A program made the translations under genes and the position numbers. A stretch of 64,000 bases of DNA from a virus (Duplodnaviria; Caudoviricetes): IMG/VR virus record IMGVR_UViG_3300003320_000853, one strand, 5' to 3'. The notes below the pieces were generated by a model, which was not told the origin of the DNA, ran no database searches, and worked only from the letters and a program-made list of their open reading frames with translations. Shown here one piece after another: positions 46,970 to 57,030 of this stretch; positions within the stretch are counted from its first letter, which is position 1, and every line of letters begins with the position of its first letter.

Positions 46970-47178
46970 TCATCTTCGGCTGGGTCGTCCTCGGGCTCAG
47001 CGTTGCGGGTCTCATCTTCATGCTCGTCATCGCATACTACGACGATAGACGCATGCGGAGGGAGATCGTCGCTCGCATCCGGGCCAGGGGCCCTCTCACT
47101 TCTTGGTCGGAAGCAGAAACTCCGTCCCAATCTCCGGCTCGAAGCGCGCCCCCGGACGCTCCCGGGGGAGATCCTTGA
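46966..47178 (+). CDS. small single-TM protein
   Basis: [24 protein letters not shown]; ATGA overlap. Confidence 0.6.
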   Translation: MIIFGWVVLGLSVAGLIFMLVIAYYDDRRMRREIVARIRARGPLTSWSEAETPSQSPARSAPPDAPGGDP

Positions 47179-47713
47179 AGCGGTACTTCCCCGGATACCT
47201 GGGTTCGGGACACGAACCCCCACAGCGGCGACACTTCCCTCCCGCCCCGGGCTCCGTAATCTGGCAAGAGCACGCCGAGAAAGGCCTCTTTGCACGGAAA
47301 CGGAGCATGTGTGCGGTCACATCCTCCACATGATGGAGGAGGTAGACAAGACGGCCATCCGAAGAGAAGACGGGGGTGTTCACCGGCTTCCAGTATCGCT
47401 CGACGAATGCACCCCCATCTTCCTCGGGGAGCTGAATGTCATACCTCTGCGTCGGCATGACATCCGGCCGTGCCCGGATGAGCGCTCGCTCCAAAGAGAG
47501 CCCCAGGTTATCAACCCCGGTCGCGCTAGGATCCTCTGGGGGATCAGGGAACGCGTCGAACAGTTGACGCCCGATCAGTTCCTCCCGCTTCCTCATCGTA
47601 GCGCGGAGGTACGCCTCGCTAACCGCAACGATCCATAGGTCGGGCGTGAGCACCAAAAAGGCGCCCGGAGCCCCCTCGAACATCGCCCGGAAGTCGGGAG
47701 GGAGATCGTCCAT
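47096..47713 (-). CDS. stand-alone PAS domain protein with Cys-rich tail
   Basis: FRAMFE.APG..LVL.PD, LFDAFPD, QRYDI, RYW.PVNTPV, HHVEDVT. Confidence 0.85.
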   Translation of the reverse strand: MDDLPPDFRAMFEGAPGAFLVLTPDLWIVAVSEAYLRATMRKREELIGRQLFDAFPDPPEDPSATGVDNLGLSLERALIRARPDVMPTQRYDIQLPEEDGGAFVERYWKPVNTPVFSSDGRLVYLLHHVEDVTAHMLRFRAKRPFSACSCQITEPGAGGKCRRCGGSCPEPRYPGKYRFKDLPRERPGARFEPEIGTEFLLPTKK

Positions 47714-47758
47714 AGGGTCCTCCCATGCCCATTTGGGGGTCGATAGAAGGATCCTCGT

Positions 47759-47794
47759 CCCCCTGAACACAAGACCCGATCCCCTGAACGCAAG
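47759..47794. repeat. direct repeat CCCCTGAAC(A/G)CAAG in divergent intergenic region
   Basis: Two copies 21 nt apart, immediately upstream of GGTGTA at 47800. Confidence 0.55.
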
Positions 47795-47814
47795 GGTTCG
47801 GTGTAAATAAGCCC

Positions 47815-48231
47815 ATGCGGAAAGTCAAGAAGGTGTTCGTACCGGGTGTCGTAATCCTCAACGAGAAGCACGACAGGTTTTACTTTCACGCGCCCGACGA
47901 GGAGACGCTTCACAGTGTGGCGCTCAGGATCCTCAAGGGGCGTGCCAGGCACAGCTACTGGTACGTCAAACCCGAAGAACCCCAGAAGCCAGATTACACG
48001 GATCCGAAGGAGATCGCCGGGCTTCGCGGGAATCTCCGGAAGACCGCGGAGGAGCAGCTCGCCAGGTATAAGGCGGAGCTGGCGTTTTTCGAGACCTCCA
48101 CGCTCAGGTTCGGGGACATCCAGAAGGCCATCACGACGAAGGATGGGGCTCTCGCCTGGAAGATCCTCCAGGAACGTTCGGGCTACGAATACGAGGAGAT
48201 CGTTTTCGAGCCCTACGCGACAAAGTATTAA
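47815..48231 (+). CDS. hypothetical phage protein
   Basis: Ends ERSGYEYEE; GGTGTA 9 nt upstream. Confidence 0.75.
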   Translation: MRKVKKVFVPGVVILNEKHDRFYFHAPDEETLHSVALRILKGRARHSYWYVKPEEPQKPDYTDPKEIAGLRGNLRKTAEEQLARYKAELAFFETSTLRFGDIQKAITTKDGALAWKILQERSGYEYEEIVFEPYATKY

Positions 48232-48315
48232 CACCCAGATCGGGTGGAGGAGCGTCCCCGCGCACACGGTTGACGTTTCCTCCGATACGGCCGCCATGTC
48301 GAAGGAGACCACGAC

Positions 48316-48921
48316 ATGGCGGCGCACCCACTCCCTCCCCGGCCGTGCGCTCAGTGCGGCAAAGACATCCCCACCTTCATCCTCGTCGACGGCCACAAGC
48401 GGTACCACCGCGGCCGGAAGTATTGCTTCGACTGCAATCCGTTCGATAGCTACCGGGGGCGAACGATCTCAGGGGCGCTCCAACGCGACGCTCCGATCCG
48501 GACGTGCCGGCGATGCAAAGCCGATCTGTCGGCTGACGACTTCCACACGAACAATCGGAACCGAGGCTACAAAAACTCCTACTGCAAGGACTGCCAAACG
48601 GCTCGGATCCGTAGGGGGCGTCAGCAGTTCAAGGATGAGTGCATCGCCTACAAAGGGGGTCGATGTGAAAGTTGCGGCTATGACCGATGCCGCGACGCTC
48701 TCGACTTCCATCACCGCGATCCATCGGCGAAGGAGTTCAAGCTATCCAAACATCCACGCAAGGTGCTCGACCAGACACTCAAGGACGAGTTGGACAAGTG
48801 CTCCCTGCTCTGTTCCAACTGCCATCGCGAAGAACACGCGGATCCGAATGCGTTCCGCAACGGGGCAACCCCCAGGCGGTGTAAGGAAGAGGCATGCCCC
48901 GCGCCCGCACCTCTTCCGTGA
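48316..48921 (+). CDS. HNH endonuclease
   Basis: KGGRCESCGY, LDFHH.DP..K, ELDKC.LLCSNCHREEH. Confidence 0.85.
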   Translation: MAAHPLPPRPCAQCGKDIPTFILVDGHKRYHRGRKYCFDCNPFDSYRGRTISGALQRDAPIRTCRRCKADLSADDFHTNNRNRGYKNSYCKDCQTARIRRGRQQFKDECIAYKGGRCESCGYDRCRDALDFHHRDPSAKEFKLSKHPRKVLDQTLKDELDKCSLLCSNCHREEHADPNAFRNGATPRRCKEEACPAPAPLP

Positions 48922-50012
48922 CCCCCACGACGACTTCCACGGCTCCCGTAAGGGAGCTTCTTTTGACATTTGACACAACAGGATCGATGTATCCCTGCCT
49001 CACCCAGGTGAGGCGCAACGTCGACGCTCTGATCCGCCGGCAGTTCGCCGAGATCCCCGGCATCCGGATTGGCGTCATCGCACACGGGGACTACTGCGAC
49101 GGGCCCCGGATGATCTCGAAGCACGACCTCTCGACCGACATGCGGAGCCTCTGCCGCTTCGTCGAGCGCGTCGAATCGACCGGCGGCGGCGACGCCCCCG
49201 AAGCGTACGAGGCCGTGCTCCACGAAGCTCGCGGCTTCAACTGGACGAGCGGGGAGAGCAAGGCGCTCGTCATGATCGGCGACGAGGTTCCCCACGAGGC
49301 GAGCGAGGCCCAGAACCGTCATCGCCTCGACTGGCAGAACGAAGCGAGGGCTCTCAACGACCTCGCCATCCGGATCTACGGCGTGCAGTGCCTCAACCGG
49401 CGGCACGCAACGCGGTTCTACCAGACGATCGCCCGGCTCTCCGGCGGCTTCCATCTCCAGCTCGACCAGTTCGCCAACGTCAACGAGATGCTCCTCGCGG
49501 TCTCGTTTCAGCAGGCGGGTCCTTCAGCCTTGGAGGGCTACGAGCGCGAGATCCAGACGTCGGGCCGGATGAACCGCAACCTCGACGACATCTTCGCCCG
49601 GCTCCGTGGGCGGGCCGTGTCAGCGTCGATGGGTGCGGCCGACCTCCGCGCCGTTCCCCCGGGCCGCTTCCAGGTGCTGGCCGTCGACACCGACATGCCG
49701 ATCAAGACGTTCTGCGAGAGCCAGGGCGTCACGTTCGGACGCGGACGGGGCTTCTACGAGTTGACGAAGCCCGAGCTGGTGCAGGGGACGAAGGAGGTCG
49801 TGCTCATGGATCGCCGGACGGGCGATCTCTACACGGGCTCCCGGGCCCGCGAGATGCTCGACCTCCCGCTCCACGATGAGGACGTGCGTCTCCGTCCCGT
49901 CCACCTGACGGAGTATCACGTGTTCATCCAGAGCACGTCGAACAACCGCAAGCTCGTCGGCGGGACGCGGATCCTCTACGAGGTGCCCGACTGGGACGTG
50001 TCTGCGTCGTAG
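48894..50012 (+). CDS. vWA domain protein
   Basis: MIDAS DTTGSM, GDY, GGGDAPEAYE, IGDE.PH; C-terminal YELTK..FIQSTSNNRKL. Confidence 0.88.
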   Translation: MPRARTSSVTPTTTSTAPVRELLLTFDTTGSMYPCLTQVRRNVDALIRRQFAEIPGIRIGVIAHGDYCDGPRMISKHDLSTDMRSLCRFVERVESTGGGDAPEAYEAVLHEARGFNWTSGESKALVMIGDEVPHEASEAQNRHRLDWQNEARALNDLAIRIYGVQCLNRRHATRFYQTIARLSGGFHLQLDQFANVNEMLLAVSFQQAGPSALEGYEREIQTSGRMNRNLDDIFARLRGRAVSASMGAADLRAVPPGRFQVLAVDTDMPIKTFCESQGVTFGRGRGFYELTKPELVQGTKEVVLMDRRTGDLYTGSRAREMLDLPLHDEDVRLRPVHLTEYHVFIQSTSNNRKLVGGTRILYEVPDWDVSAS

Positions 50013-50021
50013 GAGAATGTC

Positions 50022-50432
50022 ATGCCCAAGGGTGTACCTGGAACCTGCTTCTACTGCAACCACCCATCGAAGCAGAACATCGTCTGGCTCAAGGACAGGG
50101 ACGGCAACCCGTCCAGACAGGTGGTTCCTTTCTGTGGAGACAGCGGACACATCAGGTTCATTGCGGGCTTTTGGCCCCCTTTCACGGGCCTTCGTGAGGG
50201 CGTCGACTACAGGTTCGAGGTGGCCGACCCGGAGTACCCCATCGTCAAGGGCGATGGGGAGCACGTGTTCTTCTCGTTCAAGAACAACGTTGACGGATCG
50301 GTCTCCATCTTCACACTCCCCAAGATCGTCGCCAGGAAGTTCGCCGACCGGGTGCGGGAGGCATCTCACGTGCCCGAGCCCGGCTGCACGGATTCGACCG
50401 ATCACTTCCGCGGTCACTGTGGGTGCAAATAG
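50022..50432 (+). CDS. hypothetical protein
   Basis: AGGAG SD; Cys at both termini. Confidence 0.65.
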   Translation: MPKGVPGTCFYCNHPSKQNIVWLKDRDGNPSRQVVPFCGDSGHIRFIAGFWPPFTGLREGVDYRFEVADPEYPIVKGDGEHVFFSFKNNVDGSVSIFTLPKIVARKFADRVREASHVPEPGCTDSTDHFRGHCGCK

Positions 50433-50434
50433 CC

Positions 50435-50902
50435 ATGGGAATCCCCAAGCTCACGAAGGCCGAGCTGACGCGCCGGAGCCGGATCATCCGGCCCATCTTC
50501 CGTACCGACGAGGGGATCTTCTACCAGAAGGTCGACAACCTGGACACGAGCCTCGTCTGGGATCCGAAGCCCGAGGCTCCAGCGGTCGGGCTGTACACGG
50601 TCACGGTCGTACGAACGCTGCACACGTTCAATTACTACGGGATGTTCAAGCCTTCGGCTGCCGAGGTGCTCTGCCAGATCCCCGAGGGTTGGCTCGACCA
50701 TGTCGTGGCGTACGAGCTTTGTGGTCCGAAAACCGCTGACGACCTCAATCGTGAGCGGGAGGCGGTGAACGCAGGCTTCCACGTTTCGGAGACCATCCTC
50801 TATGGCGTGAACAAGGAAGCCGTACGCAAGGAAGACCTCCAGCCGAAGACCCCGCTCGCGAAGGCACTCCTTGGGGATGACGATCCCTTCGAGAACTCCT
50901 GA
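50435..50902 (+). CDS. hypothetical protein with acidic C-terminal tag
   Basis: TLH..YYGMFKPS.AEV..QIP; ends PLAKALLGDDDPFENS. Confidence 0.75.
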   Translation: MGIPKLTKAELTRRSRIIRPIFRTDEGIFYQKVDNLDTSLVWDPKPEAPAVGLYTVTVVRTLHTFNYYGMFKPSAAEVLCQIPEGWLDHVVAYELCGPKTADDLNREREAVNAGFHVSETILYGVNKEAVRKEDLQPKTPLAKALLGDDDPFENS

Positions 50903-50930
50903 GCAAGGGTTCCCGGTGTAATACCCCCGG

Positions 50931-52580
50931 ATGAGACGCGCCCTCTTCGTAGGATCTCTTCTCACCATCATCGTTCTGGCCTTCTCGATCCCGAGGGTCA
51001 TCCGCTGGCGCATCCGTGCGGTCCTGGCTGAGCGGTACCCGGATGTCCACGTCGAGTGGGTCGACCTTTGGTGGGACTCCGTACTTCTCCGCGAGGTGAC
51101 CTTCGATCGCGGGTGGGCCAAGGGACGGCTCGATCTCGTGAGGGTGCCGTGGAACGAGAAGCTCACCACCATCACGGGAGGCGAGATCGCCGTCGACCTC
51201 GACAAGCGGCCCAAGCAGTTGACGGGAAGCACGAAGAGGATCGTGGCGGAGCATCTCTCGGGGATGGTGTCCCGCGAGTGCGTCACGGCGAGCTTCAACG
51301 ACCTCCGGTACGCCGACGGATCGATCGAAGCGCCGGAAGTCCTCGTCAGGCATCCGAAGCTCGGGACGGTCGTCGTGAAGGGCGTGTCCTACGCCTCCGA
51401 CATTATCACGGCCGAGGGAGTATTTCTGACGCTCCCGCCATTCGGCTCACATGATCTCGGCGATGTTGCGCTGCGGCGGGCAACGATTCTCACCACGGCT
51501 AGGGAGGTGAAGGCCGATGAGGCAACCCTTCCGAAACTCGGTGTGAACGCCAAAAACATCATCGTCGGACAGGATGGGAGCACCTACAAGATCCACGTCG
51601 AGGGGCTCCGGGTGAACGACCCCCGGTTGGCATCCGTGCCGATGACGTTCACCTACCTCGACCTCGAAGCCAACCTCGAAGCCAAGACCGTCGACCTTCT
51701 GAGGGGTGGGGAGAAGATCGCGACGCTCGCCGATCTGAACAACCACTTCCTCGTCGGCGACGCCTCGTGCGCAACGTGGCTCGACCTCCTTCCAACCGAA
51801 GTGCGGGTCCCAGCCCTCCAGGAGATGATGCCCGGCTTCACGGGGAAGCTGTCCTTCGAGCTGGACGTCAAGCCGAAGGTGTCTCTCTTCTTCCTGCATA
51901 CGTGCAAGACCACGTGCGACTTCCCCGCCTTCAAGGCGCTCCGTAAGGAGTTCTCCTACCCGATCGTCAAGAGCGATGGGACTCCGGGGATGTTGAAGAC
52001 GGGCCCCGCGGATCGCCTGACCTGGACTCCTCTCGCGGGCGTGAGCCGGCACATGGTCACGGCGCTCACGACACTCGAAGATCCTGGTTTCTTCAACCAT
52101 CGGGGGATCTCCCGCGAGGCCATCGAGAACTCGATCCGGGACGACCTCTCAGCCGGCAAGTTCCTCCGCGGGGGCTCGACGCTCACGATGCAGCTCGCGA
52201 AGAACCTCTGGCTCAGCCACGAGAAGACTTTGGGGCGGAAGGTACAGGAGGCCTTCTTGACGATGGCCTTGGAGGGCTGTCTCTCGAAGGAAGAGATCCT
52301 CGGGCTTTACGTCAACGTCGTCGAGTTCGGACGCGGTCTCTACGGCATTGGCCCGGCGGCGCGGCACTACTTCAAGGTTCCACCCTCGGACCTCACCCCC
52401 GAGGAAGCGTTCTATCTCGTGTCCATCCTGCCCCATCCGCGGACAGCGCCGCCTCCCAACGAGGCCACGATGACGAGGATCAAGGGCATGATGTCGCGGT
52501 TCGCGGCGGAGGGCCGCATCCCGGATCTCCTGGGGTCGGACGGGTCCGAGGATGTCGCGGGATGGGAGCCCGCTCCGTGA
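50931..52580 (+). CDS. peptidoglycan transglycosylase (GT51) with N-terminal anchor
   Basis: EDPGFFNHRG, GGSTLTMQLAKNL, RKVQE, KEEIL.LY.N. Confidence 0.9.
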   Translation: MRRALFVGSLLTIIVLAFSIPRVIRWRIRAVLAERYPDVHVEWVDLWWDSVLLREVTFDRGWAKGRLDLVRVPWNEKLTTITGGEIAVDLDKRPKQLTGSTKRIVAEHLSGMVSRECVTASFNDLRYADGSIEAPEVLVRHPKLGTVVVKGVSYASDIITAEGVFLTLPPFGSHDLGDVALRRATILTTAREVKADEATLPKLGVNAKNIIVGQDGSTYKIHVEGLRVNDPRLASVPMTFTYLDLEANLEAKTVDLLRGGEKIATLADLNNHFLVGDASCATWLDLLPTEVRVPALQEMMPGFTGKLSFELDVKPKVSLFFLHTCKTTCDFPAFKALRKEFSYPIVKSDGTPGMLKTGPADRLTWTPLAGVSRHMVTALTTLEDPGFFNHRGISREAIENSIRDDLSAGKFLRGGSTLTMQLAKNLWLSHEKTLGRKVQEAFLTMALEGCLSKEEILGLYVNVVEFGRGLYGIGPAARHYFKVPPSDLTPEEAFYLVSILPHPRTAPPPNEATMTRIKGMMSRFAAEGRIPDLLGSDGSEDVAGWEPAP

Positions 52581-52616
52581 GATTGATCGCGTTCTCCTCG
52601 TTGCTGTAGAGGACCC

Positions 52617-53435
52617 ATGAACGCGATCACACGTGTCTGCAAATGGGCCCTGGGCGAAGCCTGGGAGAAGATCAACGTCCGGGCGAAGTGGGAGGAGATC
52701 AAGGCGGAGGGTTTGAAGCATGGCACCCGCTTCGTGATCTTCGCCGTGGCGTGGGAGTGCATCGAGGACATCGTGCTCCCGCTCCTCGCCTGGTACTTCG
52801 GCATGCCAGCGCTCATTCCGTTCTTCCTGGTGATGCACTTCGAGCCGATCACCTGGCCAACGGCCTTGTGGGCGTTCCGCATGTACGATAGGTCGCAGGG
52901 GCGCATCCCGTGGGAACCGGATCGCACGGCGCAGTCGAGCAATCTTCGCTCCGCGGGCAAGACCCTGGTCTATCAGCTCGCCGCGACCGGCTGGTACGCG
53001 ACGATCCTCATGGGTCTCGGCTACTCCTCGAAGATCCTGCTCGTCTACGCTGCGCTCATGGCGGCGTTCGGGTTCATCCACGAACGGATCTGGCACGACT
53101 CGAACTATGGCATCGGTGACAACGGCGCCGGAGACGTCGACCACGTGTTCCTGAAGCGCGTCACGGCGAAGACCGTGACCTACAGCATCGTCTCGACGAC
53201 CATCCTCGCGTCCCTCTTCCGGGTGTCCTTCAATGGCGTCCCCTGGCTGACGCTCCTGGCCTGTCAGGCGGTCGGGATGGGGATCTACTTCGTCTTCGAG
53301 GCCGTCTGGTCGCGCTCCAAGTGGGGCGTCACCCCGGTCATGCGGGTGAGCCCGGTGCCGACCCTCGTGGGTGCGATCAAGGCTGCCGAGGTCACCATCA
53401 TCGAAGGCGACAACCGGGGTACCATCAACCTGTAG
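52617..53435 (+). CDS. polytopic membrane protein (DUF2061-like repeats)
   Basis: KTLVY..HERIW and KTVTY..FEAVW repeats. Confidence 0.7.
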   Translation: MNAITRVCKWALGEAWEKINVRAKWEEIKAEGLKHGTRFVIFAVAWECIEDIVLPLLAWYFGMPALIPFFLVMHFEPITWPTALWAFRMYDRSQGRIPWEPDRTAQSSNLRSAGKTLVYQLAATGWYATILMGLGYSSKILLVYAALMAAFGFIHERIWHDSNYGIGDNGAGDVDHVFLKRVTAKTVTYSIVSTTILASLFRVSFNGVPWLTLLACQAVGMGIYFVFEAVWSRSKWGVTPVMRVSPVPTLVGAIKAAEVTIIEGDNRGTINL

Positions 53436-53439
53436 GAGA

Positions 53440-53838
53440 ATGGCCTTGAGCATCAACACGATGGAGGACTACCCTGAGTCACTGCCGCGCCCGTGGGAGT
53501 CGCTCGGGGCCTTCATCGAGCGTACGCTCATCCGGGGAAGCCGGTATCAGCCCCCGATTTTCGTGGGGAGTCAGCCCGCGAAGCGGATCGGCTGGCTCGA
53601 CTCGTGCAGGATGCCGTCTCGGGTCCATGCAACGCAGGACGATGGGGAGACCACGATCTGTCAGCACCATCCCAGGGCGTGCCACGAGGGAGGGCGGTGG
53701 AAGATCGTGGAGAGCGTTCCCTTGAAGCGAAACGGGCGGAGCGCCTTCTGTAAGACGTGCTTCACCCACACCACCAAATCGATCCCGTGGGTTGACCCAT
53801 TGATCTTCGGCGACCCACCACCTGTAGGAGAGCCATGA
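53440..53838 (+). CDS. hypothetical protein
   Basis: H...TIC...CKTC; start uncertain. Confidence 0.55.
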   Translation: MALSINTMEDYPESLPRPWESLGAFIERTLIRGSRYQPPIFVGSQPAKRIGWLDSCRMPSRVHATQDDGETTICQHHPRACHEGGRWKIVESVPLKRNGRSAFCKTCFTHTTKSIPWVDPLIFGDPPPVGEP

Positions 53839-54050
53839 GCGACGAGAAGAAGCTGAAAGCTGGGGACACGGTCAGGCTGAAGTGCGGCATCGGCCCGATC
53901 ATGATGTTGGAGACGGGAGAGTTCGGGTCGATGCACACGTGCATCTGGTTCGACAAGAACAACCAGCTCCAGTCCCACAACTTCCCCGCCGACTTCCTGA
54001 AGCCCGTCGAGCTCGACGGCCGCACCGGGGATCGTGAAATGGACTGTTGA
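53835..54050 (+). CDS. YodC/DUF2158-like protein
   Basis: GDTVRLK.G.GP.M...C.WF. Confidence 0.75.
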   Translation: MSDEKKLKAGDTVRLKCGIGPIMMLETGEFGSMHTCIWFDKNNQLQSHNFPADFLKPVELDGRTGDREMDC

Positions 54051-54080
54051 TCGACGCCGGCTCCACGCTGTAGTGGGGCC

Positions 54081-54392
54081 ATGAACTCCAAGACGCCGCG
54101 GGCCGGAAGGTTCACCAAGGTTCTCCCCGCCGGTTTCTATTACGCCCACGTGCGCGAAGGTTACACAGTGGGCGTAGACGGTGCGAAGATCAAGCCCAAG
54201 ACCGGCAAGAGCCTGATCGGTCGACACTCAGGCAAGTCCAAAATTTTCGGCAGGAACGACGCTATCTACTGGGCGTGCCGCGAGGCCCAGCGGGACGGAC
54301 ACAACGTCTCGGTCTACGAGTCAGACGGCGAAGCTCCGCCGGTCGAAATCGCCGTTTCGATTGCGGAATTGGCGAAAGTCAACCCGGTCTAG
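54081..54392 (+). CDS. hypothetical protein
   Basis: TTGATC-N16-TGTA promoter. Confidence 0.65.
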   Translation: MNSKTPRAGRFTKVLPAGFYYAHVREGYTVGVDGAKIKPKTGKSLIGRHSGKSKIFGRNDAIYWACREAQRDGHNVSVYESDGEAPPVEIAVSIAELAKVNPV

Positions 54393-54421
54393 GGACCCCT
54401 TCCGGTGTAGATCATGCTCCT

Positions 54422-56944
54422 ATGCCCAATACCAATTCCGCATCCTACCAGATCGCCAACGGGCTCTTCCTCGTCCTCTCGACCCTGACGGGCGAGACGG
54501 CGAAGCCCGCGGCTCCCTCGGGGGCGAACCATTTCGTGGTCATCGACCGCTCGGGCAGCATGTACGGGGTCATGCCCCGCATGCGCGAGCAGTTCAAGTC
54601 GAAGATCCTCGGCCTCATGAAGGACGGGGACACCCTCACCCTCCTCGTGTTCTCCAGCCGGGATCAGTTCACGACCGTCCTGGAGGGCGTCTCCGTCGCG
54701 ACGCTCAAGGATCTCCGCGACGTCCACAATCGGATCGATCGCGAGCTTCGCGCGACGAACTTGACCGGCTTCAAGGATCCCCTCGACGAGGTCAGCCGGC
54801 TCGTCGGCCGCGTGAAGTCGAAGAACCCCGGCCCGTGCGATCTCTGGTTCCTCTCGGACGGCTACGACAACCAGTGGAGCCGCCCGCAGATCCTCAAGGC
54901 GATGGCGGACGCCTCGAAGGAAATGGCCGCTGTCACCGTGGTCGAGTTCGGGGACTACGCCGACCGCGCTCTCCTCGCCGAGATGGCCACCGTGGCGGGC
55001 GGCAAGCACATCTACGCCGAGGACTTCGACGCCTACGAGCCCGTTTTCGAGACGGCCATGGCGAGCACGGGCAGCGGCGCCCCCAAGGTCGAGGTGCCCG
55101 TCGAGGGCGACCCCATCGGCGGCTTCGCGTTCGCGCTCTCCGGGAGCGACCTCCTGAGCTCCTCGGTCGTCAACGGTCACGTCGCGGTGCCCGCCGACCT
55201 CAAGACGTTCGCGTACCTCTCCCCGTCCCCCGTGGGCATCGACGAGAGGTCGGGCCTTCCGGATCGCTTGAATCCGAAGGATCCCAGCACCATGCAGTTC
55301 CTCGCACACGCGTACGCGGCCCTGAGCCTCTTCTCCGTCCGCATGCGGAGCGATCTCGTCTTCCCGATCCTCAAGGCGCTCGGCGACGTGAAGTTCGTGA
55401 AGGACTTCTCCGTGTGCTTCGGGAAGCAGCGCTACTCGGTCTTCATGGACTCGACGCGGGCGGCGGCCTTCGGTACCGGCCGGTTCGCCCAGGGCTACGA
55501 CCCCAGCGCCGTCCCCCCGGACGACTGCTTCACCATCTGGACGCTGCTCTCGATCCTGACCGAGGAGAAGGGCGCGAAGCTCCTCATCGACCGCTTCGCG
55601 GACGGCTACAAGAAGGTCGGCCGCGCCACCGTGAACGCCTCCGAGAAGCTCACCAAAGAGGAGGCCGAGAAGGTCGCGGCCCTCCAGGTGCAGATCGACG
55701 AGATCACCACCAAGACCGCGGGCGCCAAGGGGACGAAGCTCCTCAAGTCGGCCGCCGAGGAGAAGGCCAAGCTCCAGGCCGAGATCGACGCCATCCTGGC
55801 GAGCAAGAAGGACCCCCCGAAGTTCGAGGCGGATCCCTGCCCCGAGGGCATCGACATCACGGGCCTCGTCTTCAACGAGGAGCAGCCGAACATTTCCATC
55901 CAGACCAAGCGCACGGGCAAGGTCAACATCGAGGAGGCGGTGGACGCGGCCATCGCGGACCCGGCGAACGCGGCCATCGTCCCGAGCCTCAAGAAGCTGC
56001 CCCGTGTGATCGACAGCTTCCAGTTCAGGAACTACGCGATCGTCAAGGACGGCCTGGTCAACGTGGACGAGCTGCCGGTCACGATGCCCCGTGCCATGTG
56101 GGACAAGCTTCTCGCGGCGGGTCTCTCGATGGACGCCATCACCGAGATCGGCAACCTCCACGCGAACGGCGACGTCACTGTGAGCTTCAAGCTCCGCCAG
56201 ATCCCGGTGATGAACCGGGCGATGGTCAAGGCGGCCAGCGGTCGGCAGCTCTTCGAGCTGGAGTACAACCTCTGCCGCGCCAAGGCGGCCCAGAAGGTCT
56301 ACAACAGCCTCAAGAAGGAGGCAGCGGGCGAGAGGGTCTCCGCGGGCTTCGAGGCGGCCTACGGCGCCGAGGCGGCCAAGTGGCTCAAGGAAGGCCCGCT
56401 CGGGCTCACCGACTACAGCGGCTACGGCCCCAAGCGTGTCCAGGCGGATCCCGTGGACTTCTATATGGGCAAGTTCTTGAACGTGCTCATCTACGAGGAG
56501 GGGGCACTGGCGGCCATCGCCGCTGGCAAGACGGCTCAGGGCAAGCTCGACTCGCTTCCGACCGTCAAAGAGGCCGAGGAGGCCCGCACCAAGGGCGGCA
56601 AGCTCAAGGGCGGCAAGGCGCTCATGGCCGACGTGCTGGCCGAGGTCGAGACCCAGAAGAAGGCGCTCGACAACGACACGGCGTTCACCGCGTGGCTCGT
56701 CGAGAAGCAGGAGGAGACCGTCAAGGAGACGCGCCGGCTCATCCTGGAGAAGGCCCGCTTGGCCTTCGTCCTCCTCGTCGGCCAGGTGTGGTTCACCGAG
56801 CCGGAGTTCGCCGTGCCCGTCGAGATCACCCTCAAGGGCAAGAAGGATGACAAGAAGCTCCTCGGCTCGACGCACACCTTCACCCACGCCGGCCAGAAGT
56901 TCGATTTCATCGCCGGCCAGGAAGAGCGCAAGGTTCTGATCTAG
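54422..56944 (+). CDS. large vWA domain protein
   Basis: MIDAS DRSGSM, T, FLSDGY; strong GC3 bias. Confidence 0.88.
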   Translation: MPNTNSASYQIANGLFLVLSTLTGETAKPAAPSGANHFVVIDRSGSMYGVMPRMREQFKSKILGLMKDGDTLTLLVFSSRDQFTTVLEGVSVATLKDLRDVHNRIDRELRATNLTGFKDPLDEVSRLVGRVKSKNPGPCDLWFLSDGYDNQWSRPQILKAMADASKEMAAVTVVEFGDYADRALLAEMATVAGGKHIYAEDFDAYEPVFETAMASTGSGAPKVEVPVEGDPIGGFAFALSGSDLLSSSVVNGHVAVPADLKTFAYLSPSPVGIDERSGLPDRLNPKDPSTMQFLAHAYAALSLFSVRMRSDLVFPILKALGDVKFVKDFSVCFGKQRYSVFMDSTRAAAFGTGRFAQGYDPSAVPPDDCFTIWTLLSILTEEKGAKLLIDRFADGYKKVGRATVNASEKLTKEEAEKVAALQVQIDEITTKTAGAKGTKLLKSAAEEKAKLQAEIDAILASKKDPPKFEADPCPEGIDITGLVFNEEQPNISIQTKRTGKVNIEEAVDAAIADPANAAIVPSLKKLPRVIDSFQFRNYAIVKDGLVNVDELPVTMPRAMWDKLLAAGLSMDAITEIGNLHANGDVTVSFKLRQIPVMNRAMVKAASGRQLFELEYNLCRAKAAQKVYNSLKKEAAGERVSAGFEAAYGAEAAKWLKEGPLGLTDYSGYGPKRVQADPVDFYMGKFLNVLIYEEGALAAIAAGKTAQGKLDSLPTVKEAEEARTKGGKLKGGKALMADVLAEVETQKKALDNDTAFTAWLVEKQEETVKETRRLILEKARLAFVLLVGQVWFTEPEFAVPVEITLKGKKDDKKLLGSTHTFTHAGQKFDFIAGQEERKVLI

Positions 56945-57006
56945 ACAGAACGGTCACACACAAGCCTTGTAAAATCCGCTTTCCCCGGATCTACATGGTG
57001 TACGCT

Positions 57007-57030
57007 GGGGCAGCCCAAGGAGGCTGCCCC
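57007..57030 (+). promoter_or_regulatory. hairpin overlapping ribosome-binding site
   Basis: GGGGCAGCC-CAAGGA-GGCTGCCCC ends directly before ATG 57031. Confidence 0.65.

Noticed and set aside
50031-50036. GGTGTA copies at 50031, 34434 and 2170
   Set aside because: Not 9-12 nt from a start codon, so excluded from the fixed-spacing count; 2170 and 34434 may still be promoters for leadered transcripts.
54361-56887. Very long alternative-frame and antisense ORFs (e.g. 54361-56850 +, 54389-56887 -, 2854-4509 -, 125-1642 -)
   Set aside because: Shadows of GC3-biased real genes; Arg/Gly/Pro-rich translations with no motifs.
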